NCBI RefSeq assembly: GCF_947568905.1
Contig: NC_079172.1
Coordinates: 26,970,001-27,034,000, forward strand
Length of the DNA: 64,000 nucleotides
Direction of reading: 5' to 3'
Source of the DNA: Ostrea edulis
Taxonomy: Eukaryota
Shown here piece after piece: positions 37,701-48,473 of the stretch. Position 1 is the stretch's first letter. Each line of letters starts with the position of its first letter. The notes beneath the pieces are model-generated. The model saw only the letters and a list, made by a program, of their open reading frames with translations, did no database searches and was not told the DNA's origin. A program made the position numbers and the translations under genes.

Positions 37701-40700
37701 ATACACACAAACAAGAATTTTGAATTAAGAAATCATGACACGAATCAATATCATTTAAATCAGACCATGGTCATGAGGAGTGAGTTTGTGAACGTTTTTA
37801 TGAGCATTATGCATGACTGGTCATGAGGAGTGAGTTTGTGAACTTTTTTATGAGCATTATGCATGACTGGTCATGAAGAGTGAGTTTGTGAACTTATTTA
37901 TGAGCATTACGCTGGTAACAAAGGTCAATTAGAAGTATTTGAATATTCAAATTTTCAGGTTTTTCAAATATAAGAACCTTTGGGTTAGCACTCAGTTATT
38001 TCAGCGTCATGGTTCGCAGAAGGCCTCGGCTCTCTTATATTCTACTTTTCTCTCAGTTCTCGCAGTCCCTCCAGCATATCCATCCTTCATTCTTTCCCAC
38101 TCTTCCCCATATGGTCTTTGGTGATTTGTGCCTTGATGTGCGTTTCCCCTTTTCCCGCTAGCTTAGAGAACCCACTCAGATGTCGTCACCTTCCTACTGT
38201 AAGATGGAGCCGATCAATGCCCACCTCTCCTTCTAATCTCGTTGCTGATCATGCTAATGCCTGTCAGATCTTTAGCAGCTCGTTTCTTACTTGTTGCCAT
38301 CACATCCCCAGCATTCCTTTCAGGCGTGTGATCTGAATCTAACTCTTCATTTCTGTAGTCAGAAAGTAGCCCACACCCGTAACACTGCCGTGTGCATTCC
38401 CTGGCAATATGGAGTAAGAGATCACACAATTCTCCTTCATTCAATATGATGATGTAAAGTCATCATACATGATCTCGACCATTTTTAGTCTTCCATCATT
38501 CTTCCCTGTTGATTGAAGTTACCGGATTGGATGGAGGCAGTTGCTCTCTAATTGTTGACTTGTTTGATGATGTCGCAGAGCATTACTCTGCGTTCCTAAG
38601 TTCCACAATGTTTTATATTTTTCGAAACTCTGCTTTCTCTTTTTAAAGGGCGTTGTAAAATTCATTTTTGATCTTTTCAGTGATGACTTTTTCCCCGTGG
38701 TCTTACTTATGCTAGATACAGAAACCATTATCGCACCTTTTCATTTCTCACATTCCTTTAGATCATAATGATCTTCATAGTCATTCTTTCAAGCATACCG
38801 AGCACACGTATCATTAAGATTATGACAGTTTCATTTACTTAATAACTTCCTGTAAACCTCAGTTTTGTTTAGTTGTCAAAAGTGTACACCAAGAGACATT
38901 CAAATGACTTTCAGCTTCAATAATGAAGGACTATAAATCTCGTATTAATTCTTTTAGGTGACTGGCAGATTGATTACGTCACAGGTGGACCATTTCGGGT
39001 TCCGATCTCGGACACACTGGATATAAAAGTTTACAGCATGCAGGATGGCACGATTTGTAATCTCCCGCATCTGATAGGTAATTAGTGATGTCAAGGCTCT
39101 GGTGAAGATTATTTGTTTGTTATTTGTTTTAAGTCCCATTCGAGATTTGTTCACGCAGATGGAGATGTGCCACTGCTTTTGAAATACATGTATATATGAC
39201 GCTCAAGGCCGTAGTAGTGAAAGGAGTTCTTTATCGGGTTTTGGCCTACTGTGAAACGGGACGTCCATTTGTAACGTCCATTTGCTCGCATGCACATGTT
39301 CAAATGGCCGTTCTAATGCCGAGCGCTTGGCGAGGGAATATATCATGACTACGTATGTTAAACGTCTTACTTTTGAGTTTGACGCGACACTGGGATTGAT
39401 AATCAAACCTAGGACTTTCGGTTTGGGAATCCATAAGCACTAAACTAGGACGACCGGTTGGTCACTTGTGAGTAAATCTAATACATTGTAGCTGAAATAG
39501 AGCATGGCATTATTACACAGGGAAATTGCTCGATCAAGAAAATTGTAATTATTTCAATAGCTGAAATAGAAAATGATTGTACATGTAACTAGCGGAAAAA
39601 AGAAACTGTGCATTATTTAATATAGAAAAAATAATTTTAAAAAATAACAATGAACAATTTTATTTTTTGTAATACTGTTAACAAATGTATTCGTTACAGC
39701 ATTTCATAATCCATTATTGTTAACGTCGAATAACGTCAATTTCAGCACACTCGAAAGACACTGGTATTCGAACTTGAATTAACAAAGTTAATAACACTCG
39801 TGACCACCATTTGCATTCACGAATGCTCCACAACAGTGCCTCATCGATGCCACTAAAACGTTCAGAAATGCTTGAGGGATGTTGTTCCAGATGTTGGTTA
39901 AAGCCTGGCCTAAATCAGGCAATGTCACGGGCTGATTTGGTAAACGTCGTTCCATTTCATCCCAGACGTGCTCGATCGGCGATAAATCGGAAGAAACAGC
40001 TGGCCAAGGCAAGACATCGACATTCTGTTGAACAAAAAGTCCCTGACTGCACGTGCAACATGTGGCCTTGCGTTGTCTTTCTGCAGAGTGGTGTGATTTT
40101 GCTGTCTCTGTATGAAGGGTATCACATGACGCTGAATAATTTCGTCTCGATAGCGTACGCCGGTGAGATTTCCATTGACAATTTGTAGAAGAGTCTTTCC
40201 ACGTGCTGTTATTCCACCCCACACCATAACGCTACCTCCATCGAATTGTCGACGTTGCACAACACAAGCGTCCTAGTACCGCTCCTCAACGCGAGGATAC
40301 ACTCTACAACGACAGTGACTGCTATCCAAATGAAATCTGGATTCACCAGTGAACAGAATATTGGCCCAGTCCTGTATTCTGAATCGCAGATGTCGTCTGC
40401 ACCACGCTAGTCTAGCGATACGATGACGAAGCAGTATTGGGCGCACCGCTGGACGTCTTGGTCTGATGTTGTGCTCGCGCAGATGATTACGCACAGTTCT
40501 TGGACTGATTGGTCGAAGTCTAGGAATGCTACGAGCAGTCAAACTTGCTGTCTGGAAACGATTTCTCAGGTGCATAAGTATAATGTGGTTGTCCTGTCGA
40601 CGCGACGTCACACGAGGACGCCCAGAACGTGGTCGATCCCGAGTGTTACCAGATTGTTGGAAACGTTTCCATAATGACTAAATGGTGTTACGATGAACTC

Positions 40701-43700
40701 CAAAGTGTCTTGCTACTATATTTTGTGCCATTCCAGCTTGAAGCATCCCAACAGCACGATTACGTTGGTTTTCATTGAGTCGTGGCATGACAGAAGGATA
40801 AAGTTTGTCAAAACTAAAGTGCTTTCGTTAACGAATAGTGTCCAAACAAACCTTTTACACTTCCTACTCCAAACAGTATTGGCCAGTAAAACTCGTTCGT
40901 ACGAACACTTCAATAAACAACATGTGTTCACTAACCATGAAAAAGTCCGTGCATCTGAGTCGGGTACTATCCGATATTGTTCAAAAACATCACCTTTATC
41001 GATTGTTTAGATTTTATAAATATAGACAATAAATATAGAAAAATCATACTAAATTTTATAATGCAGTTTCTTTTTTCCGCTAGTATAGTTAAAAACGTTT
41101 TAACAGTAAACTACCAAGGCTGACACCTCATTCCATATTGTTTAGAAATGTGTTCGATGTTTTAAGGATGATTTGGGAATTGTGTTTAGGGTTGTCCCTT
41201 GATCGTGACTCTCGTATTTCAGCGGACTGCAGCGAAGCCCCTGAGGGGAGATTAGAAGCGGAAATCACTTACGGCCACGAGAGATTTCCCGCCACCGTCA
41301 CCGAGACGAACCCAAAAGTATACCAGATCAATTTCCGTCCCCGAGGAAAAGGAACGTACAAGGTGTGGGTGGTATACAGTGGTTTGGTATTAAAAGGTAA
41401 TAAACACACGCACATACACACACATACACATACATATGTAATTTTATAAGTGAATAATTTCAAGGAAATGCACATCAAATTAAAGAATTGGGGATTGCAA
41501 AATCTATGCGATACTGGTTCATATATTTTATCATATCTAAGAATGGAATAAGTATACTAATCATGAATTAAAATGAATTTGCTTTAGGTTCACCATTTAT
41601 CATAGAAATAGATGAACTAACTTCGCCAAAATCGCAAGGTGATGGTCTAATAAAGGGAATTGTGGGCCAACCTGCCAGTTTCAAGATTGACTCGAGAGGA
41701 TTCCCGGGTGATCTGAATATCGATATAGCAGGTTAGCTTCATTCCAGTTTCGTGTTCCGAAACATCTTCATTTTCCTACTCAACAATTGTATAATGTAAT
41801 TCAATATATTAACTTTGATTGTTATTACAAACCAACATTTTAGGTCCGCACTATCCCATTAACTGCACCCGAATACCCGACAAAGATGGCACAATTAATA
41901 TCACGTATACTCCCGAGGAAACCGGGTCTCATAAAATTCGTATAAGTGTAGACGGACGACAAATAGAAAGTGAGTGAATTGTTTTAGACTGATTGTATGT
42001 ACATGTATTATAACCAGTAAGATCAACATAAAAGAACCGATGTTTGCATACATTTATCAAATTTACACAGAAAGTCCCTACACTGCAAAAATTGTGAACC
42101 CGAAGAAGATTAGGATATCCGGCGGATGGCGCCCTCTGGTAGACGACAATGAAAGAATTCCACTAGTTGTTGGGAAGGAAAAGCAAATTCCGTTCGATGC
42201 CTCTGAGGCTGGACCTGGTGAACTTACCGCTGATATCCGTGGACCATCTACCAAGATTCCAACGGCCGTGGAGACCCGAGCAGGGGGTCGTCATACTCTA
42301 GTGTTTACACCCGAAGAGGAAGGTGATGTTGATTTCTAGTTTCTATATTAAGAGATCAAAGTACTGTATTTTACAAGATGTTAGGCTACCAATGCACTGG
42401 TTTTTCTAAACATAGAAGTTACCATGAAATATTACCAGTATGCATTTGTCTGTACACAATGTTTAGGATGCTATCATCAATATTGAAAAGAAAGGTCCAT
42501 CTGAGCGAGAAAATCGCACCATTTTGTGTCTGATAAAGTTATTTGGATTTTAGGTGATCACAACATTAATGTGAAATGGGACGGTTTTCCACTACCCAAC
42601 ACTCCATATATAGGGCACGCTACCAACCCCCCAACGGACGGTAATGGAGGCTTGTTCAGACCCGTAGTCCTTAACCTTAACACTGGATCACCTAGGTGTG
42701 TCTTTGAAGTTGTACAAACACACGTTCTGCTCTGAATTCCTCGTCAAGTGTCTTGAATTGATACTGATGAACAGAGAAACATTAGCATTTTATTTCATAA
42801 TTTGAAGTGATGTTCCATGCATGTACTGAATCCCTAAAACGTTTTGAAATTTTGATTTTTCCGCAACGAATGATCGGGATATTATTTTTAAAAACATCAT
42901 TTTCATAGTTTGAATTACATCAGAATAAGACCAAATAATAATTTCACAACGAATTTATGAAAAAGTTATTTTTCTACGAAATACTAGTATGTAGGGCAAA
43001 ATAGATATGTGACAGACTAAATATATTATACATCTAGTAATCAATGCGTAACTATGATACATGAAGGTCATGTGATATTCAATTCAATGCATGTATATAC
43101 GCAGGAAAATATTTTAAACTAAGGAATTTACTCACAATTAACATTGACAGGTCCATTTCGTTGGATGAACAGCCACAAGTACAACCAACACAACTTCACA
43201 GCCCGCTACACAGTCCTGTTAATATTCATTTTGAGCTTCCGAAGGTGACCGTTCGGAATTTGAACACATCTTCACCGCCTTCCCAGGATTATCCCGATAA
43301 TGGTGGATCCCGAACAACATCGCCCCGGACCATTAATGTTATTCGCAGGCCATCTGACATCAGCAATCCAAAAACAAGAGTTTCAAAAATTTACCTTCCG
43401 CAAAGAGCAGGTATCTCTCTGACTCCGTCTCTGTACAATTAATTGTTGGTGAATTTCTATATTGACTTCCGGTATTTTCAGCCTTTCTCGTTCTTTTTTT
43501 TTTCAGAGAGTATGTACTCCTCAACAACAGGAAATTCCGATCTTCCGGTGAGAGTTAGTGTTGTCCGTAAGTCCACTACGACAAGCCCAAGTTCGAGTCA
43601 ACCATCCACGAGGACACCTTCTGTCAAAAGGTATCCTGCTCCAACGCGGGCTTCTGGAGATCCTGCCAAAGTAGTGTTGAGCGGAAAAGGACTAAAACAT

Positions 43701-45506
43701 GCTCATCTTGACAAACCTGCTGTGTTCAGTGTAGACGGACGCCAGGCTGGACCGGGTTTGTATATTCAAATATTTGTTGCAACTGCAATAAGGTATTAGT
43801 GTAAGGTATGTTTTACAGCTCGAAAAGGGACTTAATAGCCAATGAGTTTTCTCTTTAATCAAACTTGAATATGTCGACAAAATAATTAAAAAAGGGTTGC
43901 ACTCATTTCAAGCTTTCAGTTATATATACAGTGAAACGTGTCGAGTTGTGATGTCGAGCTATATGTATTCAAAGTGTTGTGTAAACTGTACACATATTTC
44001 AGCACTAAACTTTAAAAAAAAAAATAGTTCGTATGCCGGGTGTTGTCTAACTCGAAGATTATTTTCTGGTACAGAAGATGTCTCGATTAGACATGTTTCA
44101 CTGTTGTGCATATTGTACTATTTCTTACTCTTACATTAATGAATTAGGTGAACCGGAAGCCAAAGTGACTGGGATTAACAAAGAAATTCCGGTTAGAGTC
44201 GAGACAACCGGCCCACAACAGTACAGATGTACATACACACCCACAGACCCTGGCGCTTACCTGTTGGATATCACCTGGAACCAACGACCTCTAAAATGTT
44301 GTCCCTTCAAAATCAACGTCAACCAGCCAGTGTTTCCACACAAAGTGAACGTCAGTGGGGACCCGCTCAAAAGCGGTTATGTGGGACGTGATATCCGTCT
44401 GCAAATCGACTCCCGGTATGCTGGGACCGGTATGTGAAAACCATGTATTATAGTTATGTTCACTGGAATTGAGTATATCAACTATTCATATCTCGAGAGA
44501 TTCTGTTGGATTTAATCATTTTGAGAATAGAAATACGAAATAATAAGAAAATTGAGTTGCTGCTTTGTTCTTCAGGGGATCTAACAGTTGAGTGCATAGG
44601 CCCTCAGATGACAAAAGTGCCTGTAAAACTTGTGGATAACTATGACGGAACTCATAGTCTTAAGTTAAGACCTGCCGAACCTGGGAGGCATATCCTACAC
44701 ATTATGTATGGAGGCGAACATGTGTTAGGTAAGTCAGTGATATAAAACACAGCAAAACTACAGACATTCAGACTGAAAACCAAATGTAATGTTTCCGTAG
44801 ATCTGTATTTGAAGTAACAAGATATTTATTCCTGTTTACAGGAAGTCCCTATGCAGTTGATATAAAGACCCCGCACAAAGCACAGTACCCAGTGAAGGTT
44901 TCCGGTCCCGGGGTGAGTGACGGAATTTTGCCAGATTTTGAGAGCCATTTCATTGTAGATGCGCGAGGGGCAGGCGCGGGAGAACTTAAAGTCGTCCTAA
45001 TGGGCCCCAAAGGTAAATCCTAATTATAACTAATATATAGTTTATTTCCTGTTTCAACTTTCTCACATTTCATTGATATAAACAACTCTTTTTAAAATTG
45101 TTATTAAAATCAGAAACCTATTTGAATCAATTTGGTTTTGACGAGTTTTTACTGACTAATACGGGATTGTTAAGTAACTTTTAGACGATCAAACATAACT
45201 TGCGATGATAAGTATAATTTTTTCTCTGAATTAGGCGCCTTTAATGTGGAACTTAACCGCACGAGCCAAAAGGACAAGCTTGTTCATTGCCGCTACAGCC
45301 CGGTTGAACCTGGTCTGTATACTGTCAACGTCCTATGGTCTAACGAACACGTGACCGGAAGTCCCTTCAAAGTAAACCTTGCAACAAGCCAGCTGCAACT
45401 GGATCGCATGCTTATGGAAAGAAGAGCATCTCTGCCTCGATCTCAAATATCCAACAGGGAATCGCTAAGAGAACCAGAGACAGAACAAGAGAACATTTTG
45501 TATTGA
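25211..45506 (+). CDS. FLN: Filamin, three-CH-domain (jitterbug/FLN-2-like) type with 8 filamin Ig repeats, about 1446 aa, 23 coding exons
   Basis: Exons 25211-25520, 29865-30054, 32795-32860, 33247-33460, 34507-34609, 34761-34921, 35131-35553, 35756-35873, 35969-36100, 36233-36406, 36908-37012, 38958-39077, 41223-41396, 41588-41731, 41844-41969, 42071-42322, 42554-42695, 43151-43410, 43507-43755, 44148-44429, 44576-44728, 44842-45012, 45235-45506. All GT-AG with matching phases, 4341 nt. CH1 WVNIQKNTFTNWVNEQL..DITDGNIKLVLALIWQLILRYQ; CH2 NFTTDWNDGVAL; CH3 NFTTDWNDGQIL; Ig repeats with DxSxAGxGxL..PxxxG..SPF. Confidence 0.92.
25690..25852 (-). mobile_element. 5'-truncated SINE (family of 219-482)
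   Basis: Reverse complement of the 3' half and tail; abuts a poly-G tract at 25659-25682. Confidence 0.85.
26827..27090 (+). mobile_element. SINE (family of 219-482)
   Basis: CCCGTGGGGATC..GGTCCTCAGTACCCCTTGCTTG..GCGACTAAATGGG..GGACGTTAAACAAC. Confidence 0.88.
28152..28452 (+). mobile_element. Solo pseudo-LTR of a canonical (C-terminal endonuclease) Penelope-like element, or retrozyme-like repeat
   Basis: About 300-bp repeat ending in a minimal type I hammerhead followed by ..TATAAGTTTTACAT. Minimal hammerheads are an established hallmark of Penelope pLTRs; no ORF is present here. Confidence 0.6.
28379..28422 (+). ncRNA. Minimal type I hammerhead ribozyme
   Basis: GCATCA CTGAAGA GACA TTATT TGTC GAAA TGCAC GTC TGGTGC: stem I GCAUCA/UGGUGC (6 bp), core CUGAAGA, stem II GACA/UGUC, core GAAA, very short stem III, GUC triplet (cleavage predicted after 28416). 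Confidence 0.8.
28553..28894 (-). mobile_element. Full-length tRNA-headed SINE with Deu-like core
   Basis: Minus strand: GACCAGTCGTGGTAGCTCAGTGG (A box) .. GAGTTCGAGTCC (B box) .. GTCAAACCTAAGACGTTAAA .. GGAGGTCCTGTGTCGCAGCAGGTGTTGGC .. GACGTCTCAATATGCGTGG .. tail. Flanked by imperfect GGTCATTTT(A/G)CAA repeats. Confidence 0.8.
37769..37911. repeat. 50-bp tandem repeat, about 3 copies
   Basis: GGTCATGAGGAGTGAGTTTGTGAAC..TTATGAGCATTATGCATGACT at 37769, 37819 and 37869. Confidence 0.92.
37960..38830 (-). pseudogene. Unclassified decayed coding remnant (probably transposon-derived) in a filamin intron
   Basis: Purine-rich minus strand with protein-like stretches (LCDLLLHIARECTRQCYGCGLLSD; EKIKNEFYNAL) broken by stops and frameshifts; no family recognised. 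Confidence 0.35.
39170..39430 (-). mobile_element. Decayed SINE (family of 28553-28894)
   Basis: GACGCTCAAGGCCGTAGTAGTGA..ACGGGACGTCC..ATGCCGAGCGCTTGGCGA..AACGTCTTA..TTTGACGCG in reverse. Confidence 0.65.
39589..41083 (-). mobile_element. Tc1 (DD34E) DNA transposon, full length, defective
   Basis: TIRs CTAGCGGAAAAAAGAAACTG(TG)CATTAT and ATAATGCAGTTTCTTTTTTCCGCTAG; TA at the right flank, AA at the left; 1495 bp; transposase on the minus strand. Confidence 0.92.
39788..40788 (-). pseudogene. Tc1 transposase pseudogene
   Basis: MPRLNENQRNRAVGMLQAG..RSGRPRVTS..W..ILFTGES (first catalytic D replaced by G)..SVMVWGGI..QKDNARPH..WPAVSSDLSPIEHVW, with 34 residues between D and E. In-frame TAG at 40678-40680 and at least two frameshifts. 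Confidence 0.92.
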
Positions 45507-45664
45507 TAATGATTCATCATAAAAAAAGAGCTATACTCCATGTTTTGCTATGAAATGTATTGCTATGATATCATGTACTTGTAAGTAAAACATAACTCTA
45601 TACCAGGGGTACACTGCTCATGTTAAGTTTGTTTGCAGATTTTTATTACACTTTACATTGTACA

Positions 45665-46030
45665 CAGTGGCGGATTTAAGTGGGGCGCAGCCGGCGCACA
45701 CCCCCCCCCCCCCGTAAAATTTTCAAATTTAAGGTAAATCGTGGTATCTTGTTTAGAAAAATGTACTAAACGATAAAAGAAGCAATAATTTCTTCCACTC
45801 CCGGAGAAATAAATGACAAAATCTTTTGATTTCTTGAATTACTTTATTGGGAGAACTTATTATTTTCCAAAAAGCCTGAAAATTGACGTCATTTTATTAA
45901 TTTCACCTTATAAAAAAAATGATAGAAAATAGTACAAATGACTAAATAGGAGGCATATTTCAAGCCCTATAAAATATGTAAATCTCATAAAGTGGCGCCC
46001 CCGTAACAACAATTCCTGGATCCGCCCCTG
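45665..46030 (+). mobile_element. Complete MITE with CAG(T/G)GGCGGAT TIRs and a 5-bp GTACA direct repeat
   Basis: CAGTGGCGGATTT..GGATCCGCCCCTG; GTACA at 45660-45664 and 46031-46035; lies 160 nt after the filamin stop. Confidence 0.85.
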
Positions 46031-46786
46031 GTACAGGAAAGATATCTCAAATGACAATATGAAAACGCATAATCAGTTATTATAAAAATATTCTATGTAA
46101 AATTGATGTGTATGCATAGCTTATTAGATTGTGTCAGTGAGACAAATCGGATATGGAATATAATTTAATTCAGTATCAAGTGAACTCAGTGTTTTAAAGT
46201 GGCATATTGTGATATAGCATTGCCAAAATTATAATTGACATTGTATAACTTTGTAGTCAGTACATGTTTTTATAGTACTTAACAACTGATATTACATTGT
46301 GTTATTGTTTCAGCTTATGTACATGTATATTTAAAATCAGATGTGCAGCTTTTGATGATTTACCGACTATATGTTTATAAACTAGTATACCAAATGCAAG
46401 TCATTTATTAACTTAATACTCACCATGTAAACATTCATTATTTTCAATATGACCAGAGCCCTACACTTGAAAATACCTACAGTGTGTCCCCAGTCAATAT
46501 GTAATTTGTACTTTTTTATCTACTCGCGTTCCTTGAGGTTTTTCTATTGTGTTTCTGTTGAGAATTTGAAGTTAGGCCAGACACTCGCCTGTAAAGTTAC
46601 TTCCGTTTATTGGTTTCCATACACAAAAAGTTTCTTTTTCCATAAATTCTTACCTAAAACTTTTGACACCTCTACGCGAGTGAAAAAGTCCCGAATGGAA
46701 CGTAAAACAACAGACATGTTTTAATATTGGAACTTTGACATAAAAAACTCGTAATAAGTTCTAAAGTAGACAAAAATAGTGACCAT

Positions 46787-47110
46787 GAAAGGCGAAGATA
46801 ACGAACAGTGATTAGTCTCATACATGTAACTCCTATAAGCAATACAAAATAAAGAATTGGACAAACACGGACCCCAGGATATACCAGAGGTGGGATCAGG
46901 TGCTTAGGAGGAGTAAGCATCCCCTGTTGACCGGTCACACCCGCTGAGAGCCCTATATCTTGATCAGGCAAACGGAGCTATCCGTAGTCAAAATCAGTCT
47001 GCCAAGAACGACCTAACAATCGGCATGAAACACGTCAGACAGCATTTGACCCAATGATAGGTTGTATTGGCAAACTAGATCGTTATAACGACCATAGAAT
47101 TTGCGAAATG
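46787..47110 (-). mobile_element. Naiad Penelope-like element 3' fragment
   Basis: Collinear with 51334-51650. Confidence 0.9.
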
Positions 47111-47430
47111 TTGTAATTTTGGATTCTGCTCTTTCAAATGTTCTATTGCTATTGGTCTGCATCAGGTGTCATGCGTTAACAATTGAACATTTTACTTATG
47201 TAGAGCAGGGCTTTCCAAAATTTCATGATCACTTGGGTAGAGTTTCTGACTCTAGCGCGGGCCCAATATGTAATGATTTTTGTAAACCATTTAAATAAAG
47301 TCGGTTTTAATGTTTTTGATGTAGAAGGAGCAGGTAGTCCATAACCCAAAATGGAAATTTCATAATCCCAAGGATAGGGGTTTTAGTACCAGGGTGGAGT
47401 CAAAATGGTCATAGTTACTGTCTCTATCAT

Positions 47431-47570
47431 TTGGTTGATTGATTGTTTTGCTGTTTTCCGCCACACTCAACAATTTTTCAGTTATCTGGTGACGCCCAGT
47501 TTTTATTGGTGGAAGAGAGAACCCAGATACAATGTAGCTGGGAAGAGACCACCGACCTTCCGAAGGTAAA
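47431..47570 (-). mobile_element. 5'-truncated SINE (family of 13886-14139)
   Basis: TTTTGCTGTTTTCCGCCACAC..CCCAGTTTTTATTGGTGGAAGAGAGAACCCAG..GAGACCACCGACCTTCCGAA. Confidence 0.85.
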
Positions 47571-48473
47571 TTTGAAAACCTCCTTTAATTTTGCTGATAC
47601 TATATAAACACTTGCTTTTTATATTTAAGAAATGCAACAAAGGATGTACCAAAATTGTGAATTTTTCAACTCCAGGGTTCTGCCCCTATAGGGTGGGACC
47701 AAATTAGTCATATACCTGAAATGTAATATAACACACATTATGTCTTTCATTAATGTGGATACTTTCGGGGACATTTGTATATCTTGTTTTATACTGCTGC
47801 TGAAGAGGACTAGTGATACTTATAACAAATACTCGAGTGACTGATAAGACCTGATGGGTTTTTGTTACCAGGTGACAATGATGACATATTCATTATCATG
47901 CAAGTAACATCCCATTACATCATGAAGAGTTATCCCATTTTTTGCTGAATCACGCGACACCTTACAGTCACAGTAAATGTCGTTTTCTTGTATCAGTCTG
48001 TATTGTATGCAGAAATTGCCCAAATGTTTCCGTTAACTTAACACATTCCGACATTTTACACAATGTAGACAATCCTTGTGTGTTGTGATGTCATTACAGT
48101 TAATGTATCTTAAGTAAAGGGTCAAGTTAAAATGTTTTGCATTTCAAGATCAACATATCACGTGTTTATTGTAGTGCTTTGATGGAAAATTACAAACAAA
48201 TGAAATGGAAAGGGTTTGTAACTGACGAAACATTGGTGATTGTACTGCACCAAACTACACATTATAGGTTTTTTTAATGGGAATTCAACGATAAAATATT
48301 TAGGAACCACTGCTTTCTATCTCTGCAAGTAAATATCAATTACAATCAATTCATAATCCGTATATTTACAGAGAGATTTTTTTTTAATCGGAGATATATT
48401 AGTCATTTCGTGGGAAGGTTTTATTACATGTAAAACAAATGTCAACATTGTGCATCGCTTCAAAATAACATCC

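Noticed and set aside
41138-41222. Upstream in-frame extension of the filamin exon at 41223 (FRNVFDVLRMIWELCLGLSLDRDSRIS)
   Set aside because: It looked like a repeat start, but exon 38958-39077 supplies the missing GGPF..D..V.V segment in the correct phase and 41223 has the stronger acceptor.
43411-43506. U12-type intron in filamin (donor GTATCTCT)
   Set aside because: Two mismatches to GTATCCTT, no TCCTTAAC branch site, and a long U2-type polypyrimidine tract.
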